A stretch of 60,139 nucleotides of DNA, the filler included, from Jimgerdemannia flammicorona (Eukaryota): NCBI GenBank assembly GCA_003990765.1. It is 2 parts of 2 records of this genome, joined end to end, with 100 filler letters (N's around TTAATTAATTAA, not from the genome) between each part and the next. Parts side by side here need not be neighbours in the genome. Positions count along the whole stretch, not along the records: positions 1 to 30,020 come from RBNJ01000458.1; 1 more part is not named here. The stretch is one strand, 5' to 3'. This document shows, one piece after another, positions 1-12,800 of this stretch (positions are counted from its first letter, which is position 1; the number at the start of each line of letters is the position of its first letter). Below the pieces are notes generated by a model. The model searched no databases and was not told where the DNA came from. It was given only the letters and a program-made list of their open reading frames with translations. The position numbers and the translations under genes are program-made.

Positions 1-3000
1 CCCCCTACCCCTTTCTAATGAAAGATCACTTTGTCTAACACAATCGCCACCTTCCCACCACTCTGTTCACAGATTCTTGTCACCAAGCCACGATGTTGCC
101 CCCCCTGAGAACCCCAACCCACCCACCACCCAGTCAGCAAATTCCCCAACAACTCCTCCTATCGTAATACCTTCTCCTGTAGCCCCATCTGCCTCCCTTC
201 CTCAAATACAAAAAGCCAATGTCCAGCTAGTCCCACCCATACTGCTAACACCCATCCTATAGTGAGCCAACTATCACCTACACCACTCACTAGCTGAGAC
301 CTCAAGTACTCCCAGCAGTCTCTCACCCTGCCAGCCTATGCTCCACACCCAGCCTATTCTCTATTTCTACCCAAAAGTCCCCCAAAACATCACACTCTCC
401 CAGCCAGTGTTCTGGCATCTGCACCAGACCCCCAGCTTGCCCAACATTGTAGCACTCCTCACAATCTAAATGGCCACCATCTACCATATGCCCAGTATAG
501 TAATTCAATATGACATTCCTCCTCAGCATTCACCACCACACCACCCAGAATTTGGGAGGAAGCCACCTCTGCACCTCAGTACTCAATGATCAGATATCTG
601 CCCAGTCCCACTCCTTGCTGATCCCTGCTGCCTGCCAGCCACTTGGCCAAAGATCTAGGCCAAGATTCTGCTGATATGCTACTTTATCTCCAATATCAAA
701 CTCAGCAAGTGAAGCACCTGCCAGAAGCAGTCTATCCCATTGCCATATACTGGGACCCCACATCACCTCTCTCTCATTGCCTAGCCAGTGTAGGCCAATT
801 CAGTGGGCTCTATCTACCACCCCCAACAAAAGCCCTTAAACCACAGCCTCCAGTTTCCATTCAGCTCTACCAAAGAGAGCAGATCTCCTGAGGACCCTTG
901 AGGGGAGGTCCTCATCTCTCACACCTTCTGCATCAGTGGCACCCATCCCCCTCCCTGCAGTTCAGCAGCTCTCTTCAACCACCAGACCTGCAAGCAGTAC
1001 AACCTCTTAGGGAAATCCACAAGGCCCAGACCTCCCCTGACCACTGGTATAGCAAGAGTATCCCAACTGATCTGGGATCTCCTCTCTACCCAAATCCAAT
1101 CTCTAGCCAACTTTGTCAACCTCTTCACCACCCAAGCTAGAAAGTCCAGATGATAAGCTATATACCATAGCTTGGAGAACCAGTAGGCATTCAAAATTGC
1201 CACCTGCCCTGCCAGAGAGATATGGCGGCATCCCCAACTTCGAAGGGCCCCTCCCCAAATGGTCACCCTACTCTCCCACTATGCTCATGGCAAGACAGAA
1301 CCATATACAGAGAGGAAGATGCTCAGGTATCTCACTGTCTCACCCACAGGGACAATTGTTCCAATGATGTCCCCCCCCACTAGTCCATTCCCTAGCATCA
1401 TTATCTCACACTTATGCCAGTTGAGCTTCACCCCAGAGTGAGTCTCATACCACTCCACTGTTCCCTTAAGTGCTTCAACATCTGCTACTGATCCAAGTCC
1501 AACCACCATGTCATCGGCAAAGGCCCCCACCTTCCACACTATACCATAAATAGAGAGCCCTGCCACCTTCTGGTGAATCCTATCCAACAATGGCTCTAGG
1601 GAAAGGGCATAGAGAATAGGGGACAGAGGGTCCCCCTGAGGAACTCCTCTCCCCAAGGAAAAAGCCAGACCTTGATGACCATTACACAACAGCACTGCCT
1701 GGCTGCTCTCTAGCATACTCAGTATAGTAGTCCAAAATCCTGGAGGAATACCAATTTGATCCAGCACCATGCCCAGCCAAACCTGCCATACCCAGTCATA
1801 GGCCTTCTCCTGGTCCAAAAAGACCAACCTTCCATCCAGTCCACAAGCCCGGGCCCCTTCAATAATGCCATAGATCCAAGCAGTCCCATTCCTTATAAGT
1901 CTGCCCCCAACAAAACCCTGCTGCTCCTCCCCCAGCACCTGTTGAGCAATTTTCTGCAGCCTTGCGACAATCACCTTAGTCACCATCTTCCTGTCCATAT
2001 CCAGAAGCATGATTGGCCTCCAATTCTTCCAGTCCTCCCTCCTCCCCTTGTCTTTGTACAATAAGACCACCAGCTCAAGGTCCTGCTCTCCAACCCACTC
2101 ACCACTCTGAAGAATATGGTCACAGAGAGCAGCCATCTCACTCAAACTCCAGGGACCTTCACTATCTTCTTCCAGAAGTCTCATGGTAAACCATCCTCCC
2201 CAGGCACCATTCTAAGCTTTGTTGTCATAAGGACACTCTGGATCTCCTCTCCTTGCATTGGTAAGACCAAGTCCCCCAGTCCCTCTACATGCGGTGGCTC
2301 CCACTCCTCCAGTGTCTCTGCAATTGTCATCTCATCTGCCCCCCCTTCTTCTTCACTCCACAAACTCTGCCATCTCTCCTTCAAAACCCCTAAGATTTGT
2401 TGCATGCTATACACCATGTCCTCCTCAGCATCCAAGACCTCATCTCACCGATGTCGCACCCTCCTAGCTTTGAGGAGTCTTGACAAGTACTTAGTAGGCC
2501 TCTCACCCTCCTCAAGCCCCTGCCACCATAACCTGGCTGCCATTCCTCACATATGAGTCTCTTCCTCCTCTCGCAACACTTGTTGCAATTCTACTATCTC
2601 CAATTTCACCCACTCTATCCTCCAATTCTCCACCCCACCAGAAGTAAGCAACCCTGCCCAATATATGTAGCTTCCTCAGCCTGCTGGAAGCATACCTCAT
2701 GTGCTTCCTCCTCTGCCTCCCCACCTCCTTGCCAGCTTCTCCCCAATAGACCCTTACAGCCTCTTTCAATCTCACCCAACATATACTAATAGACAAACCC
2801 TCATGCCTCCAGCTAAAAACCTTCACCTGAATGTCCTCCACCCACAAGTCCCACAACCCCTTCTCAGCCAGCAGAGAGGAGTTGAGGTACCAATGTCTGG
2901 GTCCATCTCCACTCCCCCCAAACTGTACCTGCCCTAAAATCCCCCAATGATCAGACCACGGGCACTACTCCACCTCCAATGTATTCCAAACATCGGAGCC

Positions 3001-5760
3001 CCAACACTCAGCAGTCAGAATCCAGTCAATCCTTATACCCAAGCCATTCACCCAGTGTGTGTAGACCCTGGTGTCACCCCATCATGTTCGGCCCATATCC
3101 TCTAAGGAGCTCAAATTCTCCACCTCCTCCCATACATCCAGACCTCTATTTCTCCCCCCTGCATTCCTCCCACCATCAGTTCTGTCAAGATGCTGATCTC
3201 AAACCATATTAAAGTCCCCACCTAGAATATCGACCCCATCCTCCAAGAGAATACCCTTCTCCAACAGCTCTCTAATCCATGGAGTTCTCTCACCCCTAAC
3301 CACTGGGCAGTAGCACAAGCCAACCCTCACTGACTCCCACCCCAGCCAATGCCAATCACCCCAGACCAAGTGATTGCCCCAGTTCTTGATTCCCCCCAAG
3401 TCCCCTCTACCCTTCCTCACCAGAATCACCACTTTTCCAAACCATGCAGCTGCCCCACCCCATTCCCTAGTCCATTCTATTCGATCATCCTCATCCTCAC
3501 ACCATACATCCTGTAGCAAGAAGAGATCAGCCCCTAATCCCCTAGCCAAGTAAAAATATTCTTATACTGTCTAGAACCCCTTAACCTATTCACATTCAAA
3601 GAGAAAATGTTGGTTGTACTGTTCATAGGAAATAATGTTATAAAGTAATCCCATTCTCTACAAGTCTGCATTTGGCCCCTTCTGTACCAAGTCCAAGTCA
3701 TGTTCAGGCTAGTTCTCTTTCTCCAGCTTTCCTTGCCTCCAACCCTCTCAGAAGTTCCACTATTGCCCCATCTTCTCTCTCCTCAAAGTCCTCATGATAC
3801 TCCAGACAGGCCTCCTGCCACAGCTGCAAACCATGATGCTCTGCCCAACAGTAGACAGCCCACTCACTAGCGACCTCCTGCAGCTCTACCTTCCTCACCT
3901 CATCAACCTCATACCCTTCCTCCTCCAGTAAGATCACCAGAATCTACCCTCAGTACCTCCATCACTCCATTCCCATGCAGAATCCATATCCAATACTCCT
4001 CAGGCATCACATATAAGTCCACTTCCCCCAACTCCTCTGCCACAAGGTTATTCATCACCTGTCTCATCCACAGCAGATTCCCCACCTCCTTCCCTCCTGG
4101 AGTCCCTGGCCACCCTGTATCCAACATGATGGTATCTGCTCCTACACTGGCAGCCTCATCTCACTCCTCCTCCGGAACATCCACCATCTCATCCTTGCCA
4201 ACTGCCACCACCTGACCCCCTTTCATCACGTTGGGGACTCCAAAGTGTATCTGCTGTGCTCCCTTCATCAGCACATCATCTGCTGCCCCTCTCCTAGCCA
4301 CTGGGCCCCTCCTGATAAGAGGGGGGGGGGGGTGGCTTCCAACTCCTGCTCCCAGACTTTGAATGTACCATCCGCATAGGGGTCCTTGGTCAGCCCCTTC
4401 ACAGCCTCTTCTCTGTTTACCTCCACCTCCTTCCCTCCTTTACTAGCCCAGATACTGGTCTCAATGCCCCCAGCCTCTCCATTACTATCCACCTTCTTCT
4501 TAGCCCCACAACTCATACTCACCAACAGTTCTCTCTGCTGCTTGTGCCCTTGGGCCTGCTCCCACTGCCCCTTGTCCATTCGAATCCTCTTCCCCTCCAC
4601 AACCTCCAGATGTGTTGTCTCCTCATAGAGCTTCCAGGCCCTTGCCCTCCATTCAACTGCCCCACTCAACTCCTCCAGTACTTCCAGCAAGTCTTCCTCC
4701 TTCTCTTCACTCCCCTTCACCCTCAATACCCTACAGACAACAGCCCCCCACATCAATATGGAAGGCCAGTCAGTCACCTTTTCAGTGGCCTCCCTCCCAG
4801 CCAGCCTAATCCTGACATCCACATCCCCCATCCTGATTGCCATCCCCTCCCACACCTGGAATCTGATGTCCACCACATCACCATACTCTGCCACCACCTC
4901 CTCTACCCTCCTCCTAGTCTCAACCTTTGTCACTATAGGCACTCCTCTAATCAGTAGCTGGACCACCCTGGGGTCCTACCTAAGATATTGTACCATCGGG
5001 ACTGCCACTTCACCCACCACCACTCCAGTCTTCATCACCTCCTCCAGTGGGCCTACCTCCTCAAAGCCCAGCTCCACCCCCTCCAGCCCCTTCAGAAACT
5101 TCACTGAGGCCGTCCTAGCCACCTGCTGCAAGATAAGCCCCAGGACCATCCTTGCTGTCACTGCCAAGCCCCAGAAGCACAAGGTGACCGCAAACTCTAA
5201 GATTGACTTCTTGAGCAATAGGGCCACTGCCAGCCCCATTACACCATCCATCAGGTCCCCCTTCTGCATCAGGAACCCCTGCCCCACCTGGCCATCAGCC
5301 ATCACATCTCTTTTTTTTTTCTGATTCCCCGTCACACTCCCATTAACAGTCACACCCTCAGCCACAACACCTCCAGCCCCTATGCCTGCACTTCCAGCCT
5401 GAGCACCTCCCCCCCTCCCAAGGCTTGCCTTGCCCTTCCCCTCAGCTGCACCAGCCCTAGAACCAGCCAGCCACCCACTCCCCTTAACCATGTCTGTGAA
5501 GCTCAGGAGACCAGATCTTCCCCTATTGCCACTGGACACTGGTCCCCTTCCAGAGCCTTCTCCACTCTTTGGCCCTCTGAAGGCCCCCATCCCCAGGCTA
5601 TAACCCCTCCTGACCTACTGCCAGTCGAAGGCCCTAGGTCCACCCAACCTAGTATGTGCACTAGTATGTTCATTGCTTTCCATGTTGCTAGTTGCCTTTC
5701 ATCAAAAACGTTGTTGAAAGTGTTACCTGAGTCTTGTGTCACCTGAATATTACCAGTTGA
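1..5760 (-). mobile_element. LINE (L1/Tx1-like non-LTR retrotransposon) copy 1, subfamily A, degenerate; 3' end outside the window
   Basis: ORF1 fragments (5590->3658). ORF2 starts at ~3626 with an APE endonuclease (DLFLLQD, ILGGDFNMV), then RT (NWRPIMLLD, LDQEKAYD, GVPQGDPLSP, FADD) and a C-terminal C-x2-C..H..C zf-RVT. A 5' leader (5715-5760) is shared with copy 3 (35735-35779). Confidence 0.95.
1285..2184 (-). pseudogene. Reverse transcriptase domain of LINE ORF2 (longest surviving open stretch)
   Basis: The ORF track translation contains the non-LTR RT motifs WRPIMLL, LDQEKAYD, QGDPLSP and AFADD; flanked by stops/frameshifts. Confidence 0.93.
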
Positions 5761-6774
5761 AGCCATGTAGAATGGTCGGTGGAGCATATTGTAGATTGTA
5801 CATTGTGAGTTGGTGAGGATATAGTTGGCATCTTAAGTAGCTTTGGGGAAATTATCAAGAAATACCTCATCAATGGAGGGAGTTCAAAAGACACCACTCT
5901 TGGGCTCCAGGTTGTAGCAGATGAGCTTCCTAAGACTGGGAGGGGTGAGGTACATATGGATGCATTCAGTGGGAATGACATTGGTGAAGGTAGGCAGAAT
6001 GTGAAAATGGCCAAGAGCTCTTGTTCTTGTGGCTGTGAGGAATTCCTTATTACTGTTATCATCATTGATGGGGGCATCATCATCTATATCATTGGGATGC
6101 CCATTAGGTCTAGAGACCAGGCCCCTGGTGTATTCTGTTCATCAGAGGAAGAGAGAATTGATGATATGCTGTTGTTCACATTTAATCACAATAGCTGGAT
6201 CTGGTGGTACAGGGTGGAGGATGACTGTGACTGCCTCAGAGACCTGCTGAATGAACTCAGCTTGTTTGGCCAAGGCAGCCTGTTGTTGTTGCTGTTGAAG
6301 TTGTTCATGGTACATAGTCAGAAAAGTTTCAAGGGTCAAAAGTAAGAAGGTAAACTGCCAAGCTTTCAAAATGGCTAAGAGAACTCCATGGGAGCAGGGA
6401 TACTTTTATTACTATGTTTTACACAAATGTCTTATACATATGTCTTAGATAGATAAATTCACAGTTACATATAAAACTACTATTTCTAAGATAAATAAAG
6501 TATGTCATCAATTTCTAGATGGCAGAAACCAACTCTAAAATAGTCTAAGACCAAGTAAAGCTTAGTCACTGCTATACCCAGAGAACCATCCCAATAAGGA
6601 AATCACCAGAATTGCTTGCAGATATCCAGCTTTGACTATTACCACTAAACACCAGCAAGGACCTCAGGAATTATAAAACACTTTGTTGCTTTTTGACAAA
6701 GTAACTAGTGGCTTAAGCCAAACTACATCAACCCCAACCTTGTAATTTGCCTCTATTGAGCTAGGCATGTTATA
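5761..6774. mobile_element. Part of a long Ty3/gypsy-type LTR inserted into the integrase of gypsy A and itself interrupted by LINE copy 1
   Basis: 6500-6774 aligns by eye with 51920-52175 (e.g. aaccttgtaatttg...gagc(t/c)agg(c/t)atgtta(t/c)a). It ends in TGTTATA, the decayed form of TGTTACA. Confidence 0.75.
5762..6315 (-). pseudogene. Degenerate ~185-codon ORF of unknown function in the LTR-associated segment
   Basis: One frame from MYHEQLQQQQQQ... to the LINE junction; all four stops (TGA, TGA, TGA, TAA) revert to CGA/CAA by single C->T changes. Confidence 0.5.
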
Positions 6775-9268
6775 TTATATATAAATTCTACATATGTTAG
6801 ATAGTGGTCTCAATCATATTACTAATAGGAGATATAGTTTCTGAGTATCTGTTTTAGTATTCTGTTTATATACTTAGTTTGTCTATTAGTTTGAGAGTAG
6901 AAGATAGTAGATATGGCAATTTTTAAGCCCAGAGTCTTAAAGATAGTTTACTCAAAGTAACTGGTAAACTTGAGGTCCCAATTACTTACTATAACTAATC
7001 ATAGATCATAATGGTAGAAGATGGACTTGAAGAAGATTTTTGCAATCTCAGAAGCAGTAGTATTAGTTATAATTCAGCAACCAAGGTGGTCAATGAATAC
7101 AATAATAGCATCAATATCAGACTTAGTTTGAGGCAGTTGTATTGTAAAGTCTATTATGATTATTTGAACTTTTTGATAGAAATTGTGAGTGGTTAGAGTA
7201 GACCAGCTAATGCTTGATTATTAGATTTGTTACATTGACCAAAGTTGTAACTAGTAATATAGTTTTTGATTTTCTTGATCATATTGAGTTATTATTAGTG
7301 ATATTGAAGATTCTTGATAGTTTTTACAGTTCAAAAATATCTAATAAGAAGAGAGTTATGATGTTCTTATAATATCTTATAGCAAAGTTCTATATTATCT
7401 AATAGGTAGAATTTGTCTTAATAGTAGATCAGATTGTTCTCAAGAGTATATATATCCTTGGGCTTATTTAAGAAAACTTTAGTAGTTTCTTCCTTATAGA
7501 CTTGTTTAATTTGGTTTAGAAATTCTTATACCAAGGTAACTTGTATTACTATAGTGAGATCTGAGTATCTTGATAAGATATCTGATACTATAAGTATCTT
7601 ATCAGACTTGTAGATAATTATTTGATTGAAAGTTTGAAGTTCTGACTCTACTTGGCTTATTGATATAATAGAGTAGATTGGTGTTAATGTGCTTGAGAGA
7701 TTGATAGTTAGTAATGATATTAAACTCAATATCTTCTTTAGTAGTTTAGAGTATATATAATTGCTAGTAATTCTGTTTTATAAGTAACTAACTTCTATTC
7801 TACTGATAATAGTTTCTGTGACTTGAAAATAATAGAGCAGTATCCTTTTTCATTATTTCATAATAAGACTGCTCTAATAGCAAAATTTGAAGCATTAGTA
7901 GTAACTGTGAATTTTAGATTTGAATCAGAATTTTATAATGCTGAGCATTGGTCAGGTAGTTCCTGAGTTCTTGGAGTACTTATTGATAAAAGAAGTCTCA
8001 GATATAAAGTACATAGTACTCTAAGTATAGTATCTTCTTCATTAGATTTATAAAAGATTCTATAATCTCAGAGAAGTTTTTGACAAAGTAACAGTAATAG
8101 CTAACTAAATTAAGAAAGAATCTGAGTTCTGTGAGATTTGCTAACTTAGGTTATTCTTGAATTACTTTTATCTTATATATATCTACTTGGATTTCTTAGG
8201 TAGAGATAATGTGACTAATATATTTAACTTATTTTTTAAAAAATTTACATTTCTTGAGTTTTACATATAACTTATATTCTTATGGAATTTTCAAGATAAG
8301 ACAGATATACTTGAGGTATTCTTCTTTAGTTATACTAAATATCAAGATATTGTCAAAATATATCAATATGAAAATAAAAAATTAGTTCTTGAATATCTTA
8401 TTTATAAGAGTCTAGAATATTACAGATATATTGGTGAGACTAAATACTAGAACTAGAAATTCATAGAGTCTAAAGGAGGTTATAAAAGTAGTCTTAGAGA
8501 TATCTTCTAACTTAATTTGAATTTGGTAATATCTAGACATGAGGTCAAGCTTGGTAAAGTACTTGACATTCTTGAGGATATTAAAGATCTAATCAATGAG
8601 TAATAGTAGATACTGGTCCTTAACTATAAGTTTGTTGAGTATATGATAATCTATGTATATTTGCAGGATTCTATGCTTTTTTTTTTGAAAAAAAGAACTG
8701 GTGAGTTATAGGGAGACTTGCTGGACTGAATGGCTCCTTGGGTGACTAGTTCTTCTAGTTCTTTCTTGAGTACTTCTATTTCTAGAGATGATATATATAT
8801 ATGTACTTCTTGAATAGTGTGACTCTTGGGATCAGTTTAATTTCATAGTTTACTTCTTATATAAGTAGTAGACTAAGTAACTTATCTAGAAAGTTATTCT
8901 TTAATTCTTCTAGCAATAACTTGTTACTTTCAATAATTGATAGTTTCTTGTCTTTTATCTTTAGATAGATAATAGCAACAAAAGTATATACTACTTTCTT
9001 GAATATATTCTTATACTATATTGCTAATAGAGTTATATACAACCTGAACCTTATTTGCTAACTTATCTAACTTAGTGATAATATTGACTCTATCTTATAG
9101 TAGGATAACTTTGTTCTTATATCAATTAATATTTAGATTGTACTTAATGAGTCAGAGTTTTTCTAAGATCAGATTATGATCTCCTAGAAATACAATCTTG
9201 AAATCAACTCATTTTCAATATTTCTAAATCTTGATGAGTAGTTTGATAGCAATTGACTTAATAGGGTA

Positions 9269-9396
9269 TATTGTAAAAAGAGAGGCACTTTATTGAAGCT
9301 GTATAGGTCATATATTTTATATATTACTGATGAATAATATAAATCTAATAGAATGAAATAAGTCATATATTGATATATTAAGTTGCCATCCCAATA
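9269..9396 (-). repeat. Copia 3' LTR
   Basis: Direct repeat of 18788-18915; preceded on the minus strand by the polypurine tract. Confidence 0.92.
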
Positions 9397-9810
9397 CTCC
9401 CACTCAATAAGATATATAAATCTAACAAAAAAGAAAAGAGAATGCAAACTAGAATAAAAAGCAATGCAAAAACTAGAAATATATATTATCTAGAATTACA
9501 ACTATCTAGAAATTTTCATTGGTTGAAAAGTGTTTTATAATACCCAAAATACTTACAAAATCTACTCATAGATAAGAAATACAATATTAATATAAGATAT
9601 AGATGTAAATAATGTAAAAATAGTAAAAATATAGTAAGGGAGGTTTTTTGGAGCCTGAAAAATATCCTGTGATTAACCACTAAACTAGCATATTGCTCAT
9701 AAGATCCATTCCCTATATATATAGCTTGAACTTTGGCTTTGAAAGAACTTTTATAAGTGAATTGACAATCTTATACTCTGTAGGGATATATTCCAAGTAT
9801 ATAGTCCTAC

Positions 9811-12800
9811 TTTGGGGAGATGGTTTGGGGATGCCAGGGGCCTTGAGGGCTGGCCAAGGTGCTAGTGGTGGAGGGAGGGGCAGCTTAAGGCAGCAAGGAG
9901 GGGAGCAGTTGACCTTCACAGACAAGATCAAGATGGGGAGGATGGCCTCGGGTCTGGATAGCTGGCTGGGTCTGGGGAAGACATTGACAGCTGGTGCTGG
10001 GGGACAGGGTGGAATACCTGAGGGAGTGTCCAGTAGTAGGGGAGGAGGGGGAGTAGGGGCTGGAGATGTGACTGTTGATGGAACTATGACTGGAGATCTG
10101 GCAAAAAATCCAGATGTGATGGTGGCTGCTAATTCAGGACCAGGGGTGGGTGCAAGGCCTGGGGACCTGGCAGATGGGGTGACAGGTATGGTGTTGGCAC
10201 CATTACTCAAGAAGTTGAGGTCGGAATTCGCAGTCACAATGTGTTTCAGGGGCTTGGCAGTGACAGTGAGGATGATCCTGGGGCTGGTGGCCCAGGAGGC
10301 AAAGGGTTCAGCTTCAGTGAAGTTTTTGAAGGGGAAAGAAGGGGTCAAGGTGGGGTTTGAGAAAGAGGAAGCATTGCTGGTGGCCATGGAGAAGGGGGTG
10401 ACAATGGGTGGGATTGTTGTCCCTATGGTCAGGTATATGTGCTGGGACCCCCAGATGGTACAGTTGATGGTTTTGAATCTTCCAATGGTATCGAAGGAGA
10501 GGGCTAGGTAGTTGATTATAGAGGCAGTTAAGGAATATGGAGAGATTGTGGATATTGGGTTCAGGGTCTGAGAGGGTACTGAGCTCCAGACTGGTAATGT
10601 CAATGTTAGGGTGCAATTGGCTGGGAAGGAGTAAATGGGGAATATGAGGGACTGGCTAGCAACACTGAGGTGGGGACTAGTGGAGTGCAGGGTCACAAGG
10701 GTAAAGAGGACTCTAGAGAAGGAGGAATACTTGCTTGAGGCTCTGGAGGATCTGGAAGGGGTGGTCGAGAGAAGGAGATCAGCATGGAAGAAGTATGTGG
10801 CCAGGATGGTGGTAGAAGAAGTGGATGGAAAGAGGATCAGGATAGATTGGGTGGCCTGGGAGAAAATTCAGGGGAGGAAAATTCAGAAGGAGCTGCTGGC
10901 AACATTGGGTGATAGTAGAGCAGGTGGCGGTACAGGAGGTGGGAATGCAGGATTGAGGGAGATTGCCTGGGCTGTGGAAACTGGGCTGGCCTAAGGTGGG
11001 GCTCAGAGTGGATTGGGAGAGGCGAGAGAGGGCAGAATGGAGGCTGATGCCGAAATAAGTGATAGGGTACACCCTTGGTATAGTTTCCTGGGTAGAGAGA
11101 GAGGGGAGGAGGAGTTGTTGGATGTCCCAGATGAGGGGTGGGATGAGTCAGTGAGGAGGAGTGCTCTGGTAGACTGAGAGGTGGAGGGGGGGCAGATCGC
11201 CCAGGGTGTGGCAGAGGCAGTGGATGAGGAGAAGTGGCAGTGGAAGACTCTGGAAGGGGTGGCAGCAGAGGAGCTAGGGGGAGAGGACTTCCGGGTTATG
11301 GAAGAGAGGCATTGGGAGGAGATCTTTCAGGGGGAGGAGGTACCAAGGAAGGTGAGAAATGAGATCCTAGCTGTCCTCTTAGAGTCAGTTGAATATCAAG
11401 TTGATGATCAGTGAGAGGAGGAACTTAGAGGGATTGTGAATGACAGAGCAGCATCTTTGTGGAACTCAAGGAAGAGATTGGAGAAGTGGCATGCAGTCTG
11501 CAGAGACTACCAGTTGGAGATAGAGGTGGTGGATGGGTGGAATGTCAGGAAATCCTGGAGGCATTGGATGCTCAGGCAGTTGTGGAGGGTGACTTGGAAG
11601 CGGAGCAGTGCTTGGATCTGGCTGGGGATGAGATGAGTATAGAGTACTAGGTTGGGATCTCAAATGCAAACATTTTTCAATATGAACAGTACAACCAGGA
11701 TTTTTTCTTTAAATGTAAATGGGTTATGGGGGGTGAGAAGGAGGAAGTACATATTTGGCTGGCTAAAAGGACTGGATGCAGATCTCTTCTTGCTACAGGA
11801 TATCCATTATGAGGCTGATGTGGACTTACAGGATTGAACCAGAGAATGGGGGGGGGGCTGCGGTTTGGATGGGAAGGGTGGGTATCCTTGTTCGGAAAGG
11901 GATGGGGGACATTGGGGACATTGGACATTGGGGGTCTTAGTTGGTGTGAGGAGTGTGGAAGAGGCCTGGTTGGAGCCTATTGACAGTGGGGTCAATTTAT
12001 TGCCCAGCTGAGAGAGGGGAGTGGGTGGATTGGATTCACAGGTTAAAAGAGGTCAGCATTTTAGGAGAGGTTGGGTTGGACTGTGACTTCAACATGGTGC
12101 GGGATAAGGGGATGGACAGGACAGATGGAGGGAGAGGAATACAGAGTAGGAGTGGTGGATTGGATGACTGGTTGGAGGTGGAGAGGTTGAGTTCTCTGGT
12201 AGATTCAGGGAGGCAGTTTTGGGATGATCGTCAGATCTACACACATTGGGCAGCAGGGCTGGGCTCCAGAATTGACTGAATTGTAATGGTGGATTGCTGG
12301 GGAGTAGATATTTGGACAATGCTGGAGGTGGTTTGGTGTCCATGGTCTGATCACTGGGGGCTGATAGGAGGGAGGAGGTTTGGGGGTAATGATGATAGGC
12401 CTGGACATTGGCAGCTAAATTCTTCTCTGTTGGAGGATGGGGGTTTGTGGACAGATTGGGAAAAGGAGCTTATTGAGAACATTGAAGGATGGCAGGACTG
12501 GGGCCTGGTGATTGGGGACTGCTGGAGGAGGCTGAAGGTAAATGCTCAGAGGTACTAGAGAGAGGCAGGGAAAGGAAGGTGTGTCCAATGATGGCAGAGG
12601 GTGTTGTGGGCATCGCAGCATTTGGTAGTGCTCATGGAGTGATGAGCGGGTGTGCTAGATGATTGGGAGGTGACTGACTTATATATTGTGAGAGTCCAAA
12701 AGGAGGTTGTAGAGCTTAAAGAAGTGCTACACAGGGAGGAGGAGGTGAGGCTGCAGGGGATGGTAGTATGGCTATGGTGGCAAGGGCTTGAGGAGGAGAA

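Noticed and set aside
9693..10511. 272-aa ORF as a host gene
   Set aside because: Chance fusion of antisense copia RNase H sequence with LINE ORF1.
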